Assembly (NCBI GenBank): GCA_002269645.1
Contig: NIVC01002831.1
Coordinates: 22,350 to 86,349, forward strand
DNA length: 64,000 bases
Reading direction: 5' to 3'
Source of the DNA: Macrostomum lignano
Taxonomy: Eukaryota
Shown: piece after piece, positions 1 through 13,700 of the stretch
Layout of the letters: every line of letters begins with the position of its first letter
Numbering within the stretch: the first letter of the stretch is position 1
The notes under the pieces: model-generated
The model's input: only the letters and a program-made list of their open reading frames with translations
The model's database searches: none
What the model was told of the DNA's origin: nothing
Program-made: the position numbers and the translations under genes

Positions 1-843
1 AGACACACTGTCTGCTTAGGCGTCATGCCTTTAGCTAATTCCCCATTAAGGCATATCCTTCCCATGTCAGCATTCCCTATTAGCTATTAAATTCCCCCTT
101 TTGTGCGCCCCGTTTCCCAGGCAACTCCGATCCATCGCGTAGCCCTCCCTCGGACTAGTTAAGTTTAATTTAGACAGTGTCTTGCCGCTCGGACACTCAC
201 GCCACCAGGAGCAACCATTGGCTTACTCCTATTAGTAATAAAACTAGCATATCTTTCGGAAATCCCAAGAATCCCCTCCCCCCACAACAGATTTGGTGTC
301 AGAATAGGAAAACTTCCCCTCCCCCCAAGACCCCTGTAACAGAAATTGGTAGCAACATTGTGATTAAACCACAGGCGAAAGTTTACCCTGTAACAGATTT
401 TGGTAACAGCGGTAGGATTTTCTTAATAATAAACAGCCCTATAACATATCAAAAGTCGAAGCCATGCTTTATTAACTTGTCCTTATCAACAGGCTCAAAA
501 TCAAGAACTGATTAGTCAACGGTTAAACAAGTTCAGCTCTAAAATTTTTCCCAATTGGTTTTTATCATTTTCAAAAGCACTTGCCAAACTTCTGGGCAGA
601 AAAGTTCCAAATTAAAGTCGGCCCAGACACACCAGCCCGGGTTTGGAAGCCTACGACGAATTTGGGTGTCTCAGGACGCATTTTAAAGAGCCAACTGCCC
701 TGACTGTGAGTGCCATGCGCTATCAGCTCAACCCCGTGGTTTCCAAGCGACGGTTTTAAATAATAGTATCTTTTAAATAGCAGAGAAAAGCTAATTTTCT
801 GGTGATAACAAAATAAAAAGAAAGGAGACAGACTGCTTAAATT

Positions 844-1238
844 CATTGCACTGAGTTTGGGTGTCATTGCACTGAGTTTGGGTGTCATTGCACTGAGTTT
901 GGATGTCATTGCACAGGGTTTGGGTGTCATTTCACAGGGTTTGGGTGTCATTGGAATGAGTTTGGGTGTCATTGCACTGAGTTTGGGTGTCATTGGAATG
1001 AGTTTGTGTGTCATTGCACAGGGTTTGGGTGTCATTGGAATGAGTTTGGGTGTCATTGCACTGAGTTTGGGTGTCATTGGAATGAGTTTTGGTTTCATTG
1101 CACAGGGTTTGGGTGTCATTGCACAGGGTTTGGGTGTCATTTCACAGGGTTTGGGTGTCATTTCACAGGGTTTGGGTGTCATTGCACTGAGTTTGGGTGT
1201 CATTGGAATGAGTTTGGGTGTCATTGCACAGGGTTTGG
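844..1238. repeat. 21-bp minisatellite (CATTGCACTGAGTTTGGGTGT and variants), ~19 copies
   Basis: Period-21 tandem repeat visible directly; it produces the spurious 7-aa-periodic ORFs at 571-1312. Confidence 0.95.
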
Positions 1239-1623
1239 CGTCTACAGCACTGACTATCGCATGGAGAAAGATTCCAGTGTTCTTTCTCCACTCTTCTAAA
1301 CTGCTGCACTAACAGACTCTTGAATCTTTTATCTTTACTTTTTGCCCCAGGCGATAACGAACTCCTGAAAAAGGTATATTAATGCTTCACCTGAGACACA
1401 CCATAGACAATCTATACGGCAACTTTGCATTTTCGTTTGCCAGAGAACTCCCGCTTCACTCCGTGACTATCACAGGTAATTAAACATATTTTAGGCGCTA
1501 CTTTTTGGTGCCTGCCTACGCTTAAAAACCGTTTATTTGTACCGAAAAATGACTCACCTGTTATGCAATACAACTTGCACTTTAGGAAGAACCGACAGCC
1601 GAAGCACAGCATCTCCAAGTACC

Positions 1624-1723
1624 ATGGCTTGGCGGGATCTTCGCGGCTGGCTGCTCGTATTGTTGTGGGCCACCGCATCTGTTGAAGCTGCCGATGTGGC
1701 CTCGCCCGATGGCTTTGCATTTG
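1624..1723 (+). CDS. Exon 1: signal peptide [22 protein letters not shown] plus short linker
   Basis: ATG in ACCATGG context, basic n-region, hydrophobic core, VEA-A cleavage-like motif, and donor G|GTAAG in phase 1 matching the downstream exons. Confidence 0.75.
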
Positions 1724-4700
1724 GTAAGCCTTCTGCCCCTCTTCTTCGAATCTCGGATGCCCTTGCTTGCCTCTGCTGTGAGTGTTTTGCCGATAAGTCT
1801 GCTTGAGTTGCTTTCGTCTTATGCTCGAGACAAATGTGACTGCATCATTTGTACCTGGGTCATTCTGAGTCATGTGTCAGCGTCATTCTTGTGTGGATCA
1901 ATCGTGTCTCGGTCATTCTATTGTGTCTGGATCCATCGTGTCTATTGTGTCTGGGTCAATCGTGTCTGGGTCAATCGTTTCTGGGTCAATCGTGTCTGGG
2001 TCAATCGTGTCTGGGGAAATCTTGTCTGGGTAATCGTGTCTGGGTTAATCTTGTCTAAGTGATTCGTGTCTGGGTCAATCGTGTCTGGGTCAATCGTGTC
2101 TGGGTCAATCGTGTCTGGATCCATCGTGTCTGGATCCATTGTGTCTGGGTCAATCGTGTCTGGATCCATCGTGTCTGGATCAGTCGGGTCTGGATCAGTC
2201 GGGTCTGGGTCAATCGTGTCTGGGTCAATCGTGTCAGGGTCAGTCGGGTCTGGGTCAATCGTGTCTGTATCAATCATGTCTGGATCAATATTGTCTGGAT
2301 CAACCGTACCTGGATCAATAGTGTCTGGATCAATCGTGTCTGGGTCAATCGTGTCTGAGTCAATCGTGTCTGGGTCAATCGTGTCTGGATCACTAGAATC
2401 AGGGACGCCAAAGCTATTGCGGGGCACCATATATTTTGCGCCCCTGGCCCCGCCGCAGCACGTGCGCCTGTTTAAGTTGCTTAAGTCATGGTTATTTGCC
2501 TTATTTTAGAGCCATTTGTGTCTGAACATTATTCAGGTCTCGATTATTCTCTCTGTCTGATTCGCGTTCATTCATTCGGTCATTAGCATCGAGCTTTCTC
2601 GCAAACGAGCCATAAATCTTGTTGAATTTTAAATTCGATCTTATCTGGCCGGGTCTGGCTTTCATATGGTGTCATTAAAAAAAATGGCGAAAGATTACTA
2701 AAGGACGAATGCAAGGTCAACGCACCTTTCATTTCTTATCGTCTACGTTGAACAGTGCAACAGCCTTATCAATTAGTTTTTATTATTTTCAGAGATCAAT
2801 TGCCGAACTGTGTTGACAAAATAAACAAAATCTAATAGAGAGACACGAGCGGAAACCTGTGACCTGCTAAGTTCCATTTTTACTGTGTGAGCCATGCGTC
2901 ATCAGTTCAGCTCCAGCGGTAACTATAGTTGTTGGCAACATAATTACGAGCCAACTATAGGCCTCTAATTAACCGTCTATAGATATATCGATAAATTCAA
3001 CTCGACGCAGTTCTACGAGGGTTGTCAGAAAAGTTCTGTGTATATTGTAATAACTTGAGAACGATAAACAGTATAGAAATATGAAAAGTTACAAATGTCT
3101 TCCTTAACATTTATTCACTCAAAGTATGAGCCCTCAGCTTCAATGCACTTCTCCCAACGCCGCACCAGCCCGTCAATGCCTGCAGTCATGCCATTGTTCG
3201 TCACGGCGGCAATGCCAGCCTTGTAGGCCCGATTCACGTCTTCCTCTGCGCTGAAGCGCTGGCCCCGCATCGACTCCTTGATGCGAAGGAAGAGGAAAAG
3301 GTCGCATGGACTTAAGTACGGGGAATAAGGCGGATGCGGAAGAATTTCCCACCCCCACGACTCGATCGTAGCCAGCACGCTTTGCTTTCGGTGCGGGGCT
3401 GCGTTGTCGTGAAGCAGAATCGGGCCAGCCGCGTGAAGTGCAGGCCTTTTGTCCCGAATGGCACGCCGAACTTTCACCAAAACCGACAGGTAGAAATCAC
3501 AATTGACCGTCTGCCCCACTGGCACAGGCTGATCGAACAACAGACCCTCCCGGTCAAAGAAAGTCACGTGCATGACCTTCAGCTGGCCGATGCTCCGGAT
3601 GGCCTTTTGAGGTCGCGGAGAACCTGGCCTGCACCATGTGGCACTCTGCCGCTTCAACTCCGCCTCCCAAGAATGCGCTCAGGTTTCGTCGCAGGCAACG
3701 ATCCTTTGCAGGAACGCCATGCCCTCCGCCGACACCGCTGCAGGTTGGATGCGCACATGGCGATCCGCCGAGCCCGCTGATCGTCAGTGAGCAGATGCGG
3801 CACCCACTTGGCACAGACCTTGCGCATCCCAAGGTCCTCGGTCAGGATCTTGTGGACTGAGTCGTGGGACACCCCTATGGCATCAGCCAGCTGCCTGGTG
3901 GTCAGTCTCCGGTCCTGCAGCACGGCTGCCTTCACCTGACTCACCAGGCTGTCAGTCCGAGCACTCGTTGGTCGTCCACTGCGTGGGTTGTCGTCGAGGT
4001 CTTTTTTTGCCGTTGCGAATGGCAATAGCCCAACGTCTCATAAGATGGGCAAAAGTCTCCTATATGGTCTGCCGCATTTCTTCAAGAATCTCGGTTGCTG
4101 AACGCCCCTGAAGGACATGAAATTTGATGATATCGATTGTCGCGCTTAGAAAAACTCTTTCGCGGGGGACGGAATGCGACATGGGTGTGGTTGAAAAACT
4201 ACTGCTACACAGGCTAGAAATGATCTATTGCTCTAAAACTGAAGCTAGCGACTCTTTATATATGTATATATCTATGGCTAAAACCCCAACTCTTTAGTTA
4301 TTCATAGAGCTGAGCTATTCTCGAATACACAGACAAACAGAACTTTGTACACAGAACATTTCTGACAACCCTCGTAATTTCACCAGAAATCTACCTGAAC
4401 TTTGAGATGAGAGACGGATTTTCTGAATAACTGATAAAATAGAGAATATTTTAATCTATTTAAGCTATCAGCCTATAGTATTTCCATTCATTTAAGATAG
4501 TTTCTAAATATTGATAGAAATGACGGGCAAAGAGTTAAGTACTTCAAGGTAGATGAACAGCAAGACTGAGAAAATCGATGAACTAAGGTGCTGATGCTTT
4601 CAAGTTTTACGTTGTGGCATCGAAATGAAATTCATCGCAGTATAGAGTGCTACAGGTATTGCATGACCAATAATGCATGAAAAAATTAGAATATATAGAA

Positions 4701-7700
4701 TGTGCTTATAAATTTAGTCTAACTAGCAAAAAATTTAAATTTGGAAAAGACGATCGGTTTCGTCGAGGGTCAAAGAATGAGTACGAGCGTATGGCCGATA
4801 CAGGTGGCGATTTCCCATACTGAAACTGCTGTAAAACTTCGAGCTTGCACTGAAACAATCGTTTGAAAATCGTAGAGGACGGCAAGACGCTGCTGTTCAC
4901 TATTCGGAGCAACATCGGCGAGGACCCGCAGAAGGCGTTCGTCACCCGGGGCAACGGCAACCGGCCAGCCCCGTCGCCCAATGAGCCGCTGCCGGCCGTC
5001 TACCGGTCCGACCTGCTCGACGAGCTGCCCGACACTGTCCGCCGTCTAGACAAAACCTACATGGTCGCCGAGATGCGCGTCGACAGGGCCGTCGTGATGC
5101 GCGTCGTCTTCGATGTCGGCGACTACCCGGACAGCCTAGACCAGTTCAACTGGTTCTCGCCGTCCCGCCTGATCGGCGCCTGGCCCTACCGCCTTGACGA
5201 CGTGGCCAAGTTTAGCGCCTTCTCCATCGAGGGTGACGCAAACAAGGAGCGCAGGTTCTTCATAGCAACGAGCTTCGACGGCTGCAATGGTGACCGCGGC
5301 TTCTGGCTCGTGTCCGGCGCCAGAGATCCCTGTGGCTGGGGCCACAACGGCTGGAAGGGCCTCGCACCGGCGCTGATCTACAATAGATTTAAGGACCGCA
5401 CGCTGCAACAGGGTGCCGCGTATGCCGACCAGTTTCTGGTGTACCTCACCGACACTGTGGACGAGTTTCGAGCCGAGTTCAGGAAGACCTTCTTCCACGG
5501 TGAGCACTTTACTGAAACTATTAACATTATCGAATAACTAAGGCAATTATAGTTGAAAGTCGCCCTGATCTGCTACAGCGGAAAGAAAACAGCTTCTGTA
5601 CACGATCAAGGCCAACATCCACAAGAGCGCGCTGGAAACGTTCAGGCAGCAACAAAACTATCGCGCGCCAATCGACGATAATTTGCCGATTATGTACCGG
5701 TCCGACCTGCTGGACGATCTGTCGTGGACCGTAAAAGACTCGGGCATGACCCAGATGGTGATGGAGCTCGTCAAGGACCACTCAGTGGTGGCTCAGTTGG
5801 TTTTCAATGTGACTAAGGATGTCGACAGTCTGACCTTAGACAACTGGTTCTCGCTAGAACGGCTGGAGTCCTCCTATCCCTACCTGGTGGACAAGACCAA
5901 GTTCAACTACTTCTCTTTGGATGGAGACGTGGGCGAGCAGCGGCGGTTTTACATCAGCTACAACTATGGAGGCTGTCATGTTGACGCCGGGTTCATCGCT
6001 ATCTCAGATGCCAGAGACAGTTGCAACTGGGCCAACCGCAACTGGCGCGGCTCCCCGCCGTTGCTGCTGTACAACCGGCTGCAGAACAAGCCGTTCCATG
6101 CTGGCGTCGACACGGCCGACCGGATGCTTGTGTACCTCACGCACGAGGTCGAGGACAGACGATGGAAGTTCAGGCAACCGTTCATTGTTGGTGCGTGCGA
6201 ACATTTTTGCAAAAGCATTGTGCAAGTATATTACTTTGGGCACTTATACTTAGGGTAGTTGAACGAAGCAGTAAAATAAGATATATTTATTTTAATGCCC
6301 TAATAATAATCACGAGTCAGAATCAAAGACCGGTGTTACAGTTTAGAGCCTCTGGGGCTCCGGCCAGTTTGGGTCGCCGATCCGGAGACTGCGAACAGGC
6401 TGGGATCTCCAACCGGAGACTTTACAGGGTGTAAGATCTCCTTCTGACAATATCGCCCCCTGTATCCTGCAGGAGGCGCTAAAGCTGCAAAACTTTGCTG
6501 ATTCTTTCTCTAAATTGCTTGTTGACTGTTATACCACAGGTTACATTCCCACAATCTGGAGAATGTCCAGAGTCGTGTTCATCCCGAAACCTGCTAAGGG
6601 TGACTACACCAACGTGAAATCCTTCCGGCCCATCAGCCTCACTTCCTTTTGTGTTAAGCTGATGGAGAGGCTCATCCTGTGGAGGCTTCGAGAGTGCGAC
6701 CTGCGCTCCGACCCTGTCAGTAAGTACCAGTACGCCTTCCAGCCTGGGAGGACGACTGAGCATGCTCTCCACGCCATTACCTCCAAAATTGAGAGTGCCA
6801 TCCTTAGCAAACAACTCGCTTGCGGGTTGTTCGTTGACTTCGAAGGAGCATTTGACAATGTCCTCTTCCGCTCCTTCAGAAATTCTCTTTCCCGCAGGAA
6901 TGTAAGACACAGCATTGTTCGCTGGATTTATTTTATGATCCGCAAAAGGTTTGTGACATCCACACTTATGGGCGTTACCCTCACCCGGGCGGTGATGAAA
7001 GGCGGCCCGCAAGGTGGCGTGCTAACTCCACTTCTCTGGAATCTCGTCATGGACGAACTTCTAACCGCTGACATTCCCAGCAGTATCACCAGGGCGGGCT
7101 ACGCCGATGACGTTGCCGCGGTCGTCAGCGGACCCGACCCCGCCACTCTGCGCAACCTGATGCAGCAATTCGCCGACAAGGCGGCCGACTGGGCTACACA
7201 GCATGGCCTAAAAATCAGCGTCACTAAGACTGTCGCTGTCGTTTTCACCAAGCGCCGTAAGGGGGAGATGAAAAACCTCACTGTCTATGGCAGAAACATC
7301 CCCTTCAAGAAGGAGGTCAAATACCTCGGTGTGACGCTAACGCATGACCTGCGCTGGACGAAGCACCTTGATAACGTCATCGGTCGGGCAAAACGCTGCT
7401 TTGCCCAGCTGCGCAGAGCCATCGGGCCGACTTGGGGCCTCTCGCCTAGAACGGTCCGTTGGATTTATACCGGCATCATCCGGCCCAGTATCACATACGC
7501 GAGTCTCATCTGGACTAGCGTGCTGGAGCAGAAGGCCGCCCGTCAGCGGCTGTACCAGCTTCAGGGCAGCATTTGCCGTGCCATCACAGGTGCGTACCCG
7601 TCCACCCCTTACGAGGGGCTGAACACTATCCTTAACCTACCTCCGCTTCACCTATTTATTAGGGCGGAGGCTATGAAGTCTGCCTCCCGGCTTATCAGAG

Positions 7701-10700
7701 ATAAAACGTTAAATAACGCGCCCTCTGGCTTTATGCCAATGAAAACATTAATCCCGCATATGGACTTTGTCCGCCGCGACCTTAACAACATCCACATGGA
7801 CCTGGGCAATGTGGATAGTCGACCTCCCGCCCTCAACATCAGGAGGGGCTTCAAGACCGCCATCCCTGGCCGAGACAACATTCCGCTGGATGTCGGTGTG
7901 AACCGGCGCAGCCAGGGCATTCACTGCTTCACCGACGGCTCGCTGTTCAACGGCCGCGCTGGAGCGGGTATTGCCATTTTCCACGAGGGTAAGATGCTTC
8001 TCCAGGAAAGTCTGCACCTCGGTGAGAACACCTCAGTTTTCCAAGCTGAAATTTGCGCCATTGAGCAGTGTGCCCAGCAACTGTTTCAGGCGAACATTAA
8101 TAATTTTGACATTAATTTCTACACTGATAGCCAAGCTGCTATTAAGGCCTTAACCACTGAGAATATCTCCGCTGCTACAGTATCTCAATGCCACCGCAGT
8201 GTGCAATCTCTCTCAGTCCTTAACAGGATTAGAATTATCTGGACACCTGGTCACAGCAACATCCTGGGCAACGAGCTCGCGGACTCTCTCGCCAAGGAGG
8301 GCAGCAACCCAGACGGCAACCACCGTCTGATGAGGCTACCCACCCCCAGGTCGCAAGTCACCCGCCATATCAACAGGTGGCTCCATCAGCAGCACCAGCT
8401 CCACTGGAACAGCTGCACCGAGTACAGGCAGAGCCGCTCTGCCATGCCTAACCTGAACAGGAAAGTCTCTGATTATCTGATTTCGCTTAACAGAACCGAC
8501 CTCAGGGAGATGTGCATGGTCCTAACCGGCCACGGATTCTTCCAGAGACATATATCGTTGCAAACCGGTTGCCCTCCCACCTGTCCCTTCTGTGGCATAG
8601 GAGAGGAGACCGCGGAGCATCACGTCACCTTCTGCCCTTACTTCAACAAGGCGCGGCACAAATACCTCGGCCACCCCCAGCGGATGGACGAGCTGACCAC
8701 CGCGGACAATATCCGAGACCTCCGCGCCTTCGTCCGGGACTCCGGCCGGATGAGGGTCGCCGATGCCTCCACTGCGGACCTGCCGACTACTGGCGGGGAC
8801 TGGGCGCACCCCCAAGGCTAATCCTTGTGCTCTTTTACCTTGGGGTTGCGATAGGGGCCTCGCGGCCTATTCGCGGCGCCTGCGCCCCCCGTCAGTAGTA
8901 AGTAAGTAAGTAAGATCTCCTTCGGAGACTACAAACGGTTATGGATCTCCGCGATAGGAGATGCGTAACCGTTGTGGGATCTCCAAGGCATGGTCAGGTC
9001 TCCCTATCCGGAGATCTTAAACCAGATTCCGTTGTCCCCTCGGAGATTCTGCACCGTTTGCCGATTTCCTTCACGAGTGCAAAAACTAGGGTTTGATTTA
9101 GGATCTCCAGTTACCGATCTCCCCCATAATTAATATGTCGAAAATTATAATCTCTAGCTTTTTATTGTGTATAGAAACCTTCCGTGAGGGCGATTGTAAA
9201 ATGGCGTAATTTTTCGTGTTGGGTCTCCGTGCAGGAGATCCTTAACTTCAGGGAACAGAAATCCTAACACCGGTTCACTTTGCCGCAAAAAGTTCCAAAG
9301 GTTAGATATCATTCAAATACTGAAGTAAGTTTAAAAAAGGATCTGAACCAGCTGTACATTGATTTAAGCCATCTTTGACGTGCAGAGCTATTAGTGGTAA
9401 TGTGAACCGGCCTTTAAGAAGCTAGAGGTTCATGTATTGAGAAAACGAACGCCAGAGTTATACAGCATCTTTGATTGTGTTAGCAACTTTTTGGCAAGAA
9501 ACATTTAATCTATTTCTATTGGCTTTCAGACGGAGACAAGCAAATCCTGTACACAATCACGCCCAACGTTGGGAAAGAAGCGGTGGACACATTCAAGCAT
9601 CAGCAGGACTACCCGATTCCATCCGATCGCTCCCTGCCCCCAATTTACCGGTCGGACCTGCTGGACCAGATGGATAAAACCGTGAGGCGTTCAGGTCGTA
9701 GCAAGATGGTTGCAGAGATGCGCAAAAACAACGCAGTAGTAGCGAGACTTGTATTTGACGTTGCAACTGACACGGATTCGCTTACCTTACTCAATTGGTT
9801 CTCAAGAGATAGACTCGTCGCAGCGTACCCTTATCAGATTTCCAAGAAAATTCATCTGAACTACTTTAGCGTGGATGGTGACACATCCTTAAAGCGAGGA
9901 TTCTCTGTAACGGACACGGGAAAGGGATGTGACAACGATTTAGGATTCTGGATTGTCACAGACAGGAAGGATCCTTGCAACTGGGGATCACAGGGCTGGA
10001 AGGGAGCCGCGCCAGTGCTGCTATACAACAGATTCCGAACGGCGCCATTTCGCACCGGGGTGGACTATGCGGACCGCTTCGTGGTCTACTTGACAAACCA
10101 CGTGGACGAACTGCGCCCAGAGTTCACAAAAGCGGTCCTGTTTGGTGAGACATTTTATTTGATCGAAAGAATTTATGGAAAAATTCTATTGGATGCTTAA
10201 CAATAGGAAATTCAATAACAAAAACTCAAGTAAAAAATTTTAGAAAAAGGCAAGCAGCTGCTTTACACCATTGTTCCGAACGTGCACTTGGAGGCTCTGA
10301 CAACATTCGAGCATCAACAAAACTACAAAATGCCTGCCGATGGGTCTCTGCCTCCGGTCTACAGATCCGATCTCATCGACGAGCTTCCTCGAGCTGTGAG
10401 GCAGTCGGGAATGACCAAGATGGTCGTCGAGATGCGCAAAGACAATAAAGTCGTCTCTCAAGTGGCATTCGATGTTTCCACCGACACAGAGAAGCTCGAC
10501 AAAGAGAACTGGTTCTCGCTGTTAAGACTGTACTCATCTTACCCTTATCCAATTAGTCGGAAAGAGTTCAACTACTTTTCTTTGGATGGGGATACTGGCC
10601 AGAAGCGAAGATTCTACATCAGCAACCACTATGGAGGTTGCGACCGAGATTCAGGCTTCATCATGGTGTCTGACTCGCGCGGCAACTGCGACTGGGTAAC

Positions 10701-13700
10701 TCGAGGCTGGCGAGGCTCTCCTCCGAGTCTGGCCTACAACCGAGAGCAGGGTCGATCGTTCCACGACAGCGTTGGGTACGCGGACAGACTAGTAATTTAC
10801 CTGACAAAAGAGGTACTGGATCCTCGAGCCGAGTTTAAGAAGCCGCTAATCATCGGTAGGATATACTCGTACCTTTTGGTCAATTTTTGTTCCTTCTTTG
10901 TTCTTTGTCCTACGTTTCTACAAAAGTTTTTGCCTTTTAGGACTTGTATTGCTCCAAAATGAAATTCTCTTCAGCAACTGCAGTAAAATGTGCTGGAAAC
11001 TATATTTTTTGCAACATAGTCTAGACGATTCTAGCCTTCCAACTACGAGCGTACCCAATTTAACGAATTTTTCCAATCGAAAATTTATCTTGTGAGAGTT
11101 TTAAATTTCCAAAAAACAGCAAACTAAGTAGAAGGAATAAGTCTTCTGTTAGTACTAAAGAAAATTCAATCCAGTATTTATTTCTTCGGTTAAAATTTGT
11201 AAAAGATAATATTGCCATCAGAATTCTCTAAGGGCAACAATGCATCTCATTGACGATTCGGTTTCGATAGACACTTGTTGGGACTCGAACGCCCAAGCTC
11301 CGAAGAAAAAACGTACAATTCACGTACAATCAGGATTTCTCTATCTAAACATCTGAATATCTGAATCGTACGAGTGAAGAAGCTACGTACATCCAGTAAA
11401 CCTGAGCAAGAGAAGTGTAGTTATTTGAATTCACCCGGTCTCCACGCTCTAGGACTGTGAATTTTTATAACATTGTGCCAAGCAACTACGCTCGTATTAG
11501 TCATTTACTCATTTTCTCATTTTCTCATTTTCTCATTTTCTCATTTACTCATTTCTCATTCTCATTTCATTCATTCTCATTCATTTCATTCATTCTCATT
11601 CTCATTCTCATTCTCATTTTCTCATTTCTCATTCTCATTTTCTCATTTACTCATTTTACGAATTTCACTTATTACCGATGAAAACAACCGGAAAAGTTAC
11701 AGTGATCGACCTAAAACTTCAAAAAACATTTAGTTTACACAATGGGTAAACTCCTCCAGTTTCTATTGGAAACCGAAAACCATATATTTGCAGTACAGTA
11801 AGGATCATTAAAAAACTAAAGCTTTTCGTTCACCGGAAAAATACACTACGGAGATAGGAAATTTCACGATTTTCAACACTAAAACAGTGATTGTGTCTCT
11901 TAGAAGTGTCAGAGAAAGTTATAATCACACTATTTCGTGTTTCACATGCTGCTCTAACGACGCATTAATAGAATTTTTATGTTAAATTGGTCTGTGACTT
12001 GAAAAAACGTTTAAAATAATGACAAGAAATAATAACAATTTCCTATCTCCGTGGTGCATTTTTCCGGTAAAACCTGCCTTTAAAACTATTTCGGAACGAA
12101 AAGCTTTATGCATATCGATAGAGCAATAAGAAAGGCACAACATATCAAAAGATGAACACTGGATCTGCCTAGTATTAAAAGGAAAAACAATTTTGGTGCT
12201 GAAAAAATTGAAACCTCCCATCTCTATAGTGTATTTTTCGGGGAAAAGTTGCCTTCAAAACATTTACCATAGATTTCGAGTGTAGCGTCCTATATATATA
12301 TGTTACTTGAGTAGGCTTTGATATTGTCTTGAGCAAGAGATAAATCTACAGTAACCTTAAATCTATATCATCTCAGTACGGGCAAATAAATAATCTGCAT
12401 CGGGTTCCACATCCTGAAATTGCACCTCGGTAATAAAAGAGTATCTTTTGATTGCAGATGGCAGCAAGCAGGTGCTGTTCACGATCAAATCCAATATCAA
12501 CACCGAGGCCAAGCACGCATACTCCTTCCAGCAGAACTACAAGGCTCCGACTGACGGGTCTCTGCCTCCTGTCTACAGATCTGACCTGCTCGATCAACTC
12601 GCCCTCACTGTGAAGCAATCAGGAAAGAAAAAGATTGTCGCTGAGATGGAAAAAGATGATCACGTGGTTGCTCGAATGGTGTTTGACTTGTCAGAGAAGA
12701 CCGACGAGATCACACTGATGAACTGGTTCTCGCGCTCTCGACTCGTCTCGTCCTATCCGTTCAAGATCGATCCGAAGCAAAGCACGAACTACTTTAGTAT
12801 TGACGGAGACGCTGGTCAAAACAGACGCTTTTTTGTTTCGTTCTCTGGTGGTGGATGTGACAATGATCGAGGCTTCTGGATGGTGTCCGACAAACGCGAT
12901 CCGTGCACTTGGGGCAACGAAGGCTGGAAGGGCTCGGCTCCAGTGCTGGTGTACAACAGATACCGAACTGCCACCTTTAGAAGCGGAGTGGACTATGCTG
13001 ATCGATTCACGATCTACCTGACGGACTCGGTGACGGAACTGCGAGAGGAGTTCAATCGGAAGGTCATGTTTGGTAAGTGTGTTATTGAAAGCAAAGTTAT
13101 TTGTTTTTTTTGTTGATTGCTTGTTTTTGTTGTTCGATAAGGTTTTGAAGTTCGGCAATCTTGAGGGTAACATGGGCGTTTCCTTGGAGAAACAGAACTG
13201 ATTCCTTGCGCTTAATGGTGCGGCAGCAGGCGGGGCGGTCGGCGTGCTCCAGGGTCACCTCCGGGTGGCACGAGGTGATGCAATGTGGGCTGCTTAAGGC
13301 AGTCTGCTTTGCAATGGTTCTGTTAAGGTCAGGGCACACTTTGTGGCAATCGGCGGATGGCGGCGCGGAATTTGTGGGTTCAGCCCCTGCAACAGGCCGG
13401 GTTCAGATCCTGGGTCGCAGAAGTTTTAGTTCAGGGCGCACCAGCGCAACGGCTGGCTATCGAACTGACCGGGTCCGGTGTCGCCGGACATCGCTCAAAC
13501 AAATCCACCCCTTGTACCTGGTGATTCCTCTGCAGGCTGTCGTGCGATTGCAAAACGAGTTGCAGTTTTGATCGGCGTATTTGAGCGGGATGGTCCCGTT
13601 GTGAATTCTGGCGTCGCAGGAGAGGCACAGGGCCTGGACCGATTGCAAAGCGGAGGCGGGGGTGCTGAGTCTCGGGGTGTCGGTCATCAGGATCAAAATT

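Noticed and set aside
571-2509. Long ORFs in several frames (MTPKLIP..., DPDTI..., SGSIV...)
   Set aside because: By-products of 21-bp and 15-bp stop-free minisatellites; open on both strands with no unique coding content.
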